A stretch of 32,847 nt of DNA from Desulfobacterales bacterium. Lineage in GTDB: Bacteria; Desulfobacterota; Desulfobacteria; Desulfobacterales; SURF-7. Location of the stretch: positions 1 to 32,847 of the forward strand of contig JAQYVL010000047.1 in NCBI GenBank assembly GCA_030145525.1, given 5' to 3'. The translations under genes were made by a program, and so were the position numbers. Below, piece by piece: positions 18,771 through 27,068 of this stretch (position 1 is its first letter; each line of letters starts with the position of its first letter). The notes beneath the pieces are model-generated. The model saw nothing but the letters and a program-made list of their open reading frames with translations. It had not been told where the DNA came from and did no database searches.

Positions 18771-19421
18771 TCATTTTTGCATAAGTGTAAGATTGATAAT
18801 ATACCCGTCTACAGCTTTTTCGGAATCAAGATGAAGAATTTCAGCATATGATTTTAAAAAGTTTTTTAAATATACCAGCGACGGCAGGTCATGGAACTTA
18901 TTGTTTTCAATTGCCTTTAACATGGATATGCTTATTCTGGCCACCTCAAATATCTCTTCAAGTTCTATTCCAATTGCTTTTCTCAGCTTTTTAAGATCCT
19001 GGCCGGATATGAGTTCCTTGGCAATTATCTCTTCAGCAAGTGACTTGATATCGGATTCTTTGACTTTTTCCTGAACTTTCTTAAAAAAAATATTTTTTTC
19101 TGCCGAACTCCCGGTGCGAAATATGGGTATGGATTTGTCCTGATACCTTGTTAATCGTTCCGATGGCTTTAGTTTTCCGCTTTTTACAAGCTGCTCATCA
19201 TATTCGGACCTTTTGGTTGCATCGATCAGGATATTGAAAGCATCTTCAATTCTCTTCAGCAGTACGGCCCTTTCTTCATCGGGAAAGAGGGAATATGTGC
19301 TCAGGGAATCTTCATCATAAATTAAAAGCGCATCCCGGTAGGCATGCCGTATTTCAAAAAAAGATGCATCAACAGGCACTTCGAGCAATTCATAATAATT
19401 CAATTTTTCGCTATTATTCAT
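18771..19421 (-). CDS. J-domain-like (no HPD) plus C-terminal RodZ/XRE-type HTH protein
   Basis: NYYELLEV..DAS..EIRHAY...AF.IL.D..KR.EYD; C-terminal GQDLKKLR..GIELEEI..ARIS...L.AIE......LP..VY.K.FLKSYA. ATG 19421 overlaps the end of the upstream gene. Confidence 0.85.
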   Translation of the reverse strand: MNNSEKLNYYELLEVPVDASFFEIRHAYRDALLIYDEDSLSTYSLFPDEERAVLLKRIEDAFNILIDATKRSEYDEQLVKSGKLKPSERLTRYQDKSIPIFRTGSSAEKNIFFKKVQEKVKESDIKSLAEEIIAKELISGQDLKKLRKAIGIELEEIFEVARISISMLKAIENNKFHDLPSLVYLKNFLKSYAEILHLDSEKAVDGYIINLTLMQK

Positions 19422-20337
19422 GGCTTCCAATCGACTCCAATCTTCCGGCCAATCTGTTTTTTTCCAGCTTTTTTACAATATGGCTCAAATCAATGGCACT
19501 TACCGTATATGAATACTTGTTAATGAATATCTTTTTTGAGTAGATTGACTCATGAACCCGTTCGTCGTAGCAGACGTTTCCCAGAAAATGAAACTTTGAG
19601 TAAAAGTAGCGGTTGCAGACCTTCTCGATTTTTTCTCCGAGCTTTGCATCGACTGTTTTTCTGAACTGGTTAATGATGAATTTAAACTGGTATTCCGTTA
19701 ACTGCTTTCGCAGCAGTTCCCCTTTCTCCGGATCATTCTCAGCTACCGCATCAATTATTCTGGCCGTCATTTCAATTGCGTTATCGTTGCCGGTAATACA
19801 ATCGGTAACAGATTTGAATTCTCTCTGGTTGAGAATCTGCCTCACCTTCCGCAAATAAACCGCCTTGATGAATTTAAAAGCATTTTCGATTGAAGTGGGT
19901 TCGGGTGTCAGAAGCAGGATACCCTCATTAGATGACAGGAAAAAATCAAGCGTATTATAATTCGTTCCTGCGCCCAAATCCAGGAGAATATAATCAAAAG
20001 GTAATTTTTGAATGGCTTTTATAATTTTAAGTTTTTGGGCTGCAAACAGGTTGGCAATTTCCATGGAACAGTTAACGGAGCTGATAATGGAAAGATTATT
20101 GATTTCAGTTGGAACTGCAACCTGGGTGAGATCAATTACGGTTTTGTCCAGAAACTTTTCGATTCCGGTTTTTACACTTGGCATTCCAGTGAATGTATGA
20201 AGATTTGCCCCTCCCAGATCAAGGTCGACAAGTACAACTCGGTTTCCCTGTTTTGCCAGCAGTACGCCAAGGTTGGCCGCGATAAAACTCTTTCCGATGC
20301 CCCCTTTGCCGCCTCCTATGGGATAGATGCATGACAT
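19414..20337 (-). CDS. MinD/FlhG/ParA-family ATPase
   Basis: Deviant Walker A GGKGGIGKS, DLDLGGANLH, LDLGAG, TPEPTSIENA. Confidence 0.92.
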   Translation of the reverse strand: MSCIYPIGGGKGGIGKSFIAANLGVLLAKQGNRVVLVDLDLGGANLHTFTGMPSVKTGIEKFLDKTVIDLTQVAVPTEINNLSIISSVNCSMEIANLFAAQKLKIIKAIQKLPFDYILLDLGAGTNYNTLDFFLSSNEGILLLTPEPTSIENAFKFIKAVYLRKVRQILNQREFKSVTDCITGNDNAIEMTARIIDAVAENDPEKGELLRKQLTEYQFKFIINQFRKTVDAKLGEKIEKVCNRYFYSKFHFLGNVCYDERVHESIYSKKIFINKYSYTVSAIDLSHIVKKLEKNRLAGRLESIGSHE

Positions 20338-20568
20338 TTTATGTTTCCGCTCCCTTTGAAAAAAATGAGAGATGACTCACCGTTCTGAAAAATCAGCAGG
20401 AAGAATCATCTTCAAGCTTGCACATGATATTATTCCCGGAATTGATGAATCCCGGGGAAAAGCCATCCATGTAACCGCCTTGAAAACTATTTGAGGCCCC
20501 GTGGAGTTTCTATCAATATTCGGCACGTATAGCTGTGTTTACAATAAACGCCTCGACCCCTGAATTAT

Positions 20569-20751
20569 TTATTTTTCATGCGAGGGTTTTCCATAAACCT
20601 TTTTATAAGATCTGCATGCCGGACAGATGCCCTCTTCAAGCTTTACAAACTGATAAAGGAAGCCTTCCCCTTTTTCCCGGGCCCGTGTACACACGGGGCA
20701 TGACTTTTTGCAGAATTCCGCCATTTTCACGGTCATTTTTCCGTGCTCCAT
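20569..20751 (-). CDS. Small (60 aa) Cys-rich putative metal-binding protein
   Basis: RBS AGGAG; CKKSCPVC...CPAC..Y.KVYG. Confidence 0.65.
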   Translation of the reverse strand: MEHGKMTVKMAEFCKKSCPVCTRAREKGEGFLYQFVKLEEGICPACRSYKKVYGKPSHEK

Positions 20752-21067
20752 TGAACCCTCTCCTGGTAACTGATGTTATATCAACCCAAAAATAAACAAG
20801 AAATGTATCAGTATATTTCATTATTACGGTATGAGCAGAAAGTCAATTTTCATTTACAGATAAAATTTCCTCTTCCCAAAAAAAATCTGAAAAATGCCGC
20901 ACCCTTGATGTATAGACTCTCATTTTATTGTACTTGCATTACAATAAAAGATGGCCTATATTTCTTCCCCAACAATATCAGGATGATAAACGGGATCCCG
21001 CCTGGACAACCCTTTAATCTACTGATTCCACAAATTATATTAGAACCGGCTTTTAAGGAGGAAAGAG

Positions 21068-22072
21068 ATGAGTAAAAGCATTTATGAGCAAATGACCGAC
21101 AAGATCATGCTTACCGGATCAAAAATCGTACCGGAACTGTTTGAGATGATCGCGAGCCAGGATGAAGCCGAGCTTATGATGGCTCTGCCTGGAACCCCGA
21201 AGCAACTGGCTGAAAAACTCGGGAAGCCGTTTGAGGAGATCGATGCCATGTGCAGAGAACTTTATCATAAAGGGCTTGCCTTTAAATCATTCAAAAGCGA
21301 GACCGTTGGATACAAGATGTGCCGGGATATGATTCAGTTTCATGACGCTACAATCCTCTGGCAGGAAGCACCGAGAGAATATCTTGATCTGTGGCAGAAA
21401 TTTATGGAAGAGGAGTGGCCCGACTTTGCCCGACTTGCAGAGCAGTTTTTCCCGAAACCGTTTACACGCGTCATTCCGGTACAGGAATCCGTCGACGCCG
21501 GAGGTCAGCAGGTGCTCGAACCGGACAGCGTAAATAAAATTATCGAAGCCGCTGATATCGTGGCCGTAACAAAATGCACCTGTCGGGTGATTGCACACAA
21601 ATGTGATATGCCCCTTGAAGTATGCCTCCAGGTGAATAATGCGGCACGATACACCATCGACCGGGGTTCGGGCCGTGAGGTCACCAAAGAAGAAGCCCTG
21701 AAAATTCTGAGGGAATGTGAAGAAAAGGGGCTTGTGCATGTAACAATGAACAAAACCCATGTAGGTCATTTTATTTGTAATTGCTGCGACGACTGCTGCC
21801 AGGCACTTCCGCTTGTCATCTCTGATGGATTGAACATCTGCGATCCGAGCAGGTTCCAGGCCGAAATTGACTCCGATGCCTGCGTTGCATGCGGAACATG
21901 TCTGGAGCGCTGCTATTTTAAGGCCATTGAAGAGACAGAAAACAGTAACAATGAAACCGTAATGAGTGTCATCGCGGAAAAATGTTTTGGCTGCGGCCTG
22001 TGCAGTGTTACCTGCCCGGAAAATGCCATAAGCTTAGTTGAAGAAAGGGCTGCTGATTTCATTCCGGAGTAG
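21068..22072 (+). CDS. 4Fe-4S dicluster protein with N-terminal winged-helix-like region
   Basis: CTCR...C....EVC, ICNCCDDCC, CVACGTCLERC and CFGCGLCSVTCP; RBS AAGGAGG. Confidence 0.9.
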   Translation: MSKSIYEQMTDKIMLTGSKIVPELFEMIASQDEAELMMALPGTPKQLAEKLGKPFEEIDAMCRELYHKGLAFKSFKSETVGYKMCRDMIQFHDATILWQEAPREYLDLWQKFMEEEWPDFARLAEQFFPKPFTRVIPVQESVDAGGQQVLEPDSVNKIIEAADIVAVTKCTCRVIAHKCDMPLEVCLQVNNAARYTIDRGSGREVTKEEALKILRECEEKGLVHVTMNKTHVGHFICNCCDDCCQALPLVISDGLNICDPSRFQAEIDSDACVACGTCLERCYFKAIEETENSNNETVMSVIAEKCFGCGLCSVTCPENAISLVEERAADFIPE

Positions 22073-22219
22073 GCGTTCAGATTGCCGGTGTCATGGTATT
22101 TCGGATATAACGGGATAAAATAAATGGGCGCTCCCTCTTTTCACATAAACGATTAATTTTGAAAAACTTATAGAGTGCTGAAAGTTACATATTTTCAAAT
22201 GAACGTTCCTCTTTTTTTC

Positions 22220-23506
22220 TCAGGTAGCGACAAAAAGATTAATGGCGGAAAGTAGACCAATTACCCACATAACAGATGAAATTTTCTTAATCTCACCACT
22301 TAAGGCGGCAATGATGACAAAGGAAAGAAAGCCGATTGTCAGCCCTGTGGAGATACTGAAAGTCAGCGGCATCAGTATAATTGTAAGAAATGAAGGGACT
22401 GCAATCGTAAAATCCGAAAAATCAATCCCTTTAATATTTTTGAACATAAACACCCCGACAATTATCAGGGCAGGCGCAGTTGCGAATGCCGGAACGGCAC
22501 TGATCAGCGGCGCAAAGAACAGCGCTAAAAGAAAAAAAGAGGCTGTTACTATTGAAGACAATCCTGTTTTTGCTCCATCAGCAATACCGGATGCGGATTC
22601 AATATAGGTGGTGGTTGTACTCGTACCCAAAAGGGAACCGACAACAGTTGCCAGCGCATCTGCCTCAAGCATTTTATCAATATTCTGAATAGTACCGTCC
22701 TCTTTCACATGCCCAGCTTCGTAAGAACACGCGACAATGGTGCCAATTGAATCAAAAAGATCGACAAACATGAATGAAAAGATTGCACCAACCAGCCCCC
22801 ATTTCAAGGCACCGATAATATCAAGCTGTAATGCGACAGGGGCAATCGAAGGCGGCATCGAAACAAGGGCATCCGGCATTTTTACCTCGCCAAAAATGAT
22901 TCCAATAAAAAATGTCAAAAGGATACCGATCAAGATAGCCCCCCTGATCTTTTTTACTTCAAAGATTACAATGACAATAAGCCCTGCAAGACCAAGAAGA
23001 ACAGGCGTTGTCAGTTTACCGATTGATACAAGAGTTGCCGGGTTGTCAACAATCAGCCCAAGGTTTTTCATTCCGATAAAAGTAATAAAAAGGCCAATGC
23101 CCGCAGCTGCCGAGAACCTCAGGCCAATTGGAATGGCAGTGACAATTTTTTCCCGTATTCCAATAATCGTCAAAACCAGAAAAACAACTCCGGAAATAAA
23201 GACAACACCAAGCGCAGTCTGCCAGTTAAGTCCTTGACCAATGACCAATGTATATGTAAAAAAGGCATTCAGGCCCATGCCGGGAGCCATGGCAAAAGGT
23301 ACGTTAGCCCAAATTCCAACCAGAACAGTGCCAAAGAAAGCGGCAAGGCAGGTAACAGTGATTAATGCCGGTTTATCCATTCCGGCATCACTCAGGATGG
23401 CCGGATTGACAAAAATTATATAGGCCATGGTCATAAATGTAGTCAGACCGCCGATAAATTCATTTTTCAGATCAGTTCTTGTTTCAATATTAAAAATATG
23501 TTTCAT
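22220..23506 (-). CDS. NCS2 (AzgA/PbuG-type) purine permease
   Basis: GLTTFMTMAYIIFVNP, APGMGLNAFF, DLFDSIGT, TTYIESASG and ATAPAL motifs. Confidence 0.95.
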   Translation of the reverse strand: MKHIFNIETRTDLKNEFIGGLTTFMTMAYIIFVNPAILSDAGMDKPALITVTCLAAFFGTVLVGIWANVPFAMAPGMGLNAFFTYTLVIGQGLNWQTALGVVFISGVVFLVLTIIGIREKIVTAIPIGLRFSAAAGIGLFITFIGMKNLGLIVDNPATLVSIGKLTTPVLLGLAGLIVIVIFEVKKIRGAILIGILLTFFIGIIFGEVKMPDALVSMPPSIAPVALQLDIIGALKWGLVGAIFSFMFVDLFDSIGTIVACSYEAGHVKEDGTIQNIDKMLEADALATVVGSLLGTSTTTTYIESASGIADGAKTGLSSIVTASFFLLALFFAPLISAVPAFATAPALIIVGVFMFKNIKGIDFSDFTIAVPSFLTIILMPLTFSISTGLTIGFLSFVIIAALSGEIKKISSVMWVIGLLSAINLFVAT

Positions 23507-23800
23507 GTGGCTGCTCCTTATCCCTGCAATGCGACTTATGTCTCGACCAGTGCAGGGCGATCATATTTAAAATAAAATGTTTACAAGCAGATAAGATCTG
23601 TAACATACAGCAGGATATTTACAAAATGCATGCCCGAAAGAATCTTTTAGCAGACATACAATACGATATAGCACCGAATATCTGAGGCACTATATACCAC
23701 CTCTGTGATAGAATTATCGAATGCCCGGATAAAATTAATCTCACACTCCCATAAACGGATGACCTTTATGCTGCCTCCCAGAAGGCGTGTGTGTTATATC

Positions 23801-23927
23801 GCCGCCGTAGCCTTCACGGGGCGAGCGGCTAACAGCGACACCCTGTAAAAAACCATATTGATTTATAAAATTATAACTTTGAAAAAACGACGTCAGCAGC
23901 CCGCTCCCGTGCAAGGTATTGTTCGGC
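23801..23927 (-). repeat. attC-like imperfect palindrome with degenerate R' box
   Basis: Minus strand GCCGAAC-aatac-CTTGCACGGGAGCGG...CCGCTCGCCCCGTGAAG-gctac-GGCGGC; one extra base in L''; begins 34 nt after the higA stop. Confidence 0.6.
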
Positions 23928-23961
23928 TTTGCCGTTCTTTAATGGATGTTAAATCAAGAAA

Positions 23962-24293
23962 TTATGCATTGACCCGATTATGCACTTCGGCTTGTGGGAA
24001 ATACACTTTTACTTCTTTTTCAATTTTTTTTCCTACCTTACTTCGAGCTGTTTTCATATTGTACCGCACCTGTAGATTCAGCCAAAATTCAGGTTCTATC
24101 CCAAAATATTTACCAAGGCGTAGCGCAGTGTCAGCGGTGATTTCTCTTTTGCCATGAATAACTTGACTAACACGATTTGCCGGTACATTAATGTCTTTTG
24201 ATAGCTGACTCTGGGTAATGTTCATTGGTCTAAGAAATTCTTCTAATAGTACATCACCCGGTGTAGTGTAATTGGAGATAATTTTTTTGTCAT
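23962..24293 (-). pseudogene. higA: HigA-family antitoxin, frameshifted
   Basis: Removing one copy of the tandem GTGTA (24261-24270) restores MTKKLSPITPGDVLLEEFLRPMNITQ...ITADTALRLGKYFG...FWLNLQ. Confidence 0.9.
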
Positions 24294-24297
24294 GATT

Positions 24298-24471
24298 TCA
24301 CCCCTTATGATAATCAACAATCTCTACTTCTGTGACGTTTTCTTCCTTCCATACGAAACAAATACGCCATTGATTATTAATTCTGATGTTATGTTGACCT
24401 TTTCTGTTGCCTTTCAATTGTTCAAGTCGATTTCCTGGAGGAGCCCGCAAACTGTTTATTTCAAATATTTT
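24298..24471 (-). pseudogene. higB: HigB (RelE/ParE family) toxin, N-terminally truncated
   Basis: Hand translation: ...EINSLRAPPGNRLEQLKGNRKGQHNIRINNQWRICFVWKEENVTEVEIVDYHKG*; in-frame TAA at 24472-24474 upstream, N-terminal half absent. Confidence 0.9.
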
Positions 24472-24744
24472 TTATATCGTTCTTGCCAAGCAGGAGCCGA
24501 AATGATTATATGTACTAATAGCTGTTTTGCTTGCGAAGTAGGTCATATGACGCAAATTGGCGGGCTATTTCCTGAAAAAGAGGAAATACCCGCAATTTTT
24601 TCTCGTATTTTTCGACTCCCGTAACATAAAGTTATCTGATTTTCCGGAGAATCTTCTTCACCCACTTCATTTTCAAGAATGAGTTGATCTCCTATCTTGC
24701 GATCATACCTTCTCCTCTTGTGCATCTCTTTTTGAGTGGTGTTT

Positions 24745-25056
24745 TCACATTCGGGGCATTGTCAGTTCTCCAAAGCCTATCATTTTGAAGTATCCGCTGT
24801 GCCTGTAATTCTTATGCATTGTAATGGCATCATCCGGACAGATGGCGGTGCAGACGCTGCAGGCCATGCACTCATTAGGGGTTTTCATTTTTGACTTTTT
24901 ATCCATCAGCTCCAGTGTATCTGCCGGGCATGCTTTAACACAGATGCCGCAGCCGCTGCATTTTTCTTCATCAAACGTGACAATGCCATACTCGATTTCA
25001 GCAGTGTCATCGTATCTTGGAATATGAATTCTTTCGGAAAAGGTCAGGTTACTCAT
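24745..25056 (-). CDS. 2[4Fe-4S] ferredoxin-like protein
   Basis: CSGCGICVKACP and CMACSVCTAICP; RBS GGAGG. Confidence 0.92.
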   Translation of the reverse strand: MSNLTFSERIHIPRYDDTAEIEYGIVTFDEEKCSGCGICVKACPADTLELMDKKSKMKTPNECMACSVCTAICPDDAITMHKNYRHSGYFKMIGFGELTMPRM

Positions 25057-25094
25057 GTTTTCCTCCCTGTGGGATAAAATGTTCGTCCCCTGCT

Positions 25095-25829
25095 CTAATA
25101 AACGGTTTTCCTGGTTCCGTTCTCATACCAGTCTGTCATATGGGTCGGCCGCGCCACCATTCCGTCCGGATCTCCCACCGGCCAGCCGATGGCCAGACTG
25201 CTGGCAAACTTGTAAGGATAGGAGATCCCCAACCGTTTTTTCCATTTGCCGGTATATTGAAAAGCCACTTTGGCAAAACCGACCCAGCAGGTGCCCAGCC
25301 CCATGCTGTGAGCCGCCAGCACCATGTTCTGCCCGGCAATCCCGCAATCCAGATCCGGATTGGAAATGCCGCGAACATCCTTGAAAATAAGGATCACCGT
25401 CGGAGCATCGTGATACAGGCCCAGCTTGCCGTCTGCAATGAGCGTTACGGCACCGAACGGCATTGGATGCAGGTCATTTGGCTTGAGACGAATATTCAGA
25501 TTTGCATTTAAACGCCGCCAGAGAGACCCGGTATACCGGTAGTCGATCAGCCATTTGAAAATTTTGCAGACGGTTACGGTCGTCCTTGTGATTCCCTCAA
25601 TAAGTTCCGGTTCACGCAGAACCACAAACTTCCAAGGCTGACAGTTCCCGGCCGACGGTGCAAAGCGGCCTGCCTCCAGAATTCGTTTGATCATGAATTC
25701 CGGAACCTGTTTTTTTTTATAAAGACGGTTGCTTCGCCTTTTTAAAATCACATTTTCTGTTTCCGTACGCTGGGATTGGAGCTGCTCAACTCGTTCCGTC
25801 ATTTCCTTTTGTTCGTTTTCCATTGGCAT
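25095..25829 (-). CDS. Nitroreductase family protein
   Basis: RRSNR, APSAGNCQPW and DCGIAGQNMVLAAHSMGLGTCW motifs. Confidence 0.93.
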   Translation of the reverse strand: MPMENEQKEMTERVEQLQSQRTETENVILKRRSNRLYKKKQVPEFMIKRILEAGRFAPSAGNCQPWKFVVLREPELIEGITRTTVTVCKIFKWLIDYRYTGSLWRRLNANLNIRLKPNDLHPMPFGAVTLIADGKLGLYHDAPTVILIFKDVRGISNPDLDCGIAGQNMVLAAHSMGLGTCWVGFAKVAFQYTGKWKKRLGISYPYKFASSLAIGWPVGDPDGMVARPTHMTDWYENGTRKTVY

Positions 25830-25843
25830 CTTCTCCCCTTTTA

Positions 25844-26356
25844 TTATGAAACAGCCTTTTTCAGGCCGTCGTAATTCTCATTAGACAACCTGTTGGCAGG
25901 ATCACCTTCATCAGACATCTGTTTCAGAAGCTCCCGCTCCGGGTTCAGAGGAACACGCCCTGTCAGTTGGGCACAGCAGACTTTCTCGCCATCCTGATTC
26001 GTAAAAAAAGCCTCGGCCTCGGCGTAGCCATTATCCGCTATCTTCGTTATCGTAACGGCGCAACAAATCGTATCACCAAAATAGACAGGTTTTATGAATT
26101 TAAAATTCATGCCTGTTGCCAGCCAACCTACCTGGCCTCCAAACTCGCAAAGCATCGACCCAACGAGAAGACCGTGGCAGATAAGATCTTTAAAGCCTTT
26201 TAATTCAGACCATCGCAAATCATAATGAACGGGATTATAATCCCTTGTCATATCTCCAAAAGATGAAGTTTCCTCTCTAGTGAATTCACGTGTATAAGAA
26301 AACGAATCTCCTTCCGTTAGCCCCTGAATCGCCCTTATCCGAATCGGATTTGCCAT
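25844..26356 (-). CDS. MaoC family dehydratase
   Basis: FGDMTRDYNPVH, ICHGLL, FIKPVYFGD; purine-rich RBS before ATG 26356. Confidence 0.9.
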   Translation of the reverse strand: MANPIRIRAIQGLTEGDSFSYTREFTREETSSFGDMTRDYNPVHYDLRWSELKGFKDLICHGLLVGSMLCEFGGQVGWLATGMNFKFIKPVYFGDTICCAVTITKIADNGYAEAEAFFTNQDGEKVCCAQLTGRVPLNPERELLKQMSDEGDPANRLSNENYDGLKKAVS

Positions 26357-26433
26357 TTCCCCTCTTCCTTCTGAAATATAAAACCCCCAAAGCCGCCCTG
26401 CTTCAGGCGACGGCTTCAAAACTTTTGTAAAAA

Positions 26434-26820
26434 CTATTGCACCACTTTATTGGGTTTGAATATTGAATAACTGCCGCTCGCTTTAGCGACCATAACACCA
26501 TGATTGAAAATTACAGACTCCAGGCTTGCAACGGTTTTACCTTTATTTATCAATGTTGTCCTGCATTCAAGAGTGCCTTCACGGACAGGCTTGAAATAAC
26601 TGATCTTGATTTCTATTGTTGCACAGTACTCATCGCTTTTCAGTAATGGATACAGCGCTCCTCCCATCCCGGTATCAGCCAGCGAGTAAAGCACGCCGCC
26701 ATGAACAACATTCTGCGGATTATAAAACTTCTCGCTTACACTTAATTTGCAAACACTCCTGCCTTTATCCCGACTTTCAAAGGCCAGACCGATCAACTTT
26801 GCAAATGGATGCTTCAACAT
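26434..26820 (-). CDS. PaaI family thioesterase
   Basis: NPQNVVHGGVLYSLADTGMG, TIEIKISYFKP; RBS AAGGGG before ATG 26820. Confidence 0.92.
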   Translation of the reverse strand: MLKHPFAKLIGLAFESRDKGRSVCKLSVSEKFYNPQNVVHGGVLYSLADTGMGGALYPLLKSDEYCATIEIKISYFKPVREGTLECRTTLINKGKTVASLESVIFNHGVMVAKASGSYSIFKPNKVVQ

Positions 26821-27068
26821 AGTCCCCTTTTCTTTATCATAATTTAAAACAATACGAATTAGGCAGCGGTATAAATGCCTTTCAAGGCAGTACAACGGTC
26901 TTAAATGAACACAAGGGATCTCGAAAGAATGAATTTGTTTGGGTGAGACCCTGTCTGAAACGAACCAGCGGCAGCATTACACCATGAGAATAGAGAAACA
27001 CGCTTTTGATCATGGTTTGAAAAACTTCCAGCTGTCGCCGATTTCTTCTTTTGTAAGAGAGGTTCATT

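Noticed and set aside
18612-18851. 79-aa plus-strand ORF
   Set aside because: No recognisable motif, weak RBS, and it overlaps the 3' end of the J-like/HTH gene by about 80 nt.
24292-24624. 110-aa plus-strand ORF
   Set aside because: Antisense shadow of the higB remnant; no independent motifs.
26389-26416. Hairpin between PaaI and MaoC as an IS200/IS605 end or terminator
   Set aside because: Imperfect stem, weak U-tract and no tnpA/tnpB remnant.
26941-26964. Short similarity to 1671-1696 (TTCGTTTC...GGGTCTCACC) in the opposite orientation
   Set aside because: Only two short blocks with a gap; compatible with chance.
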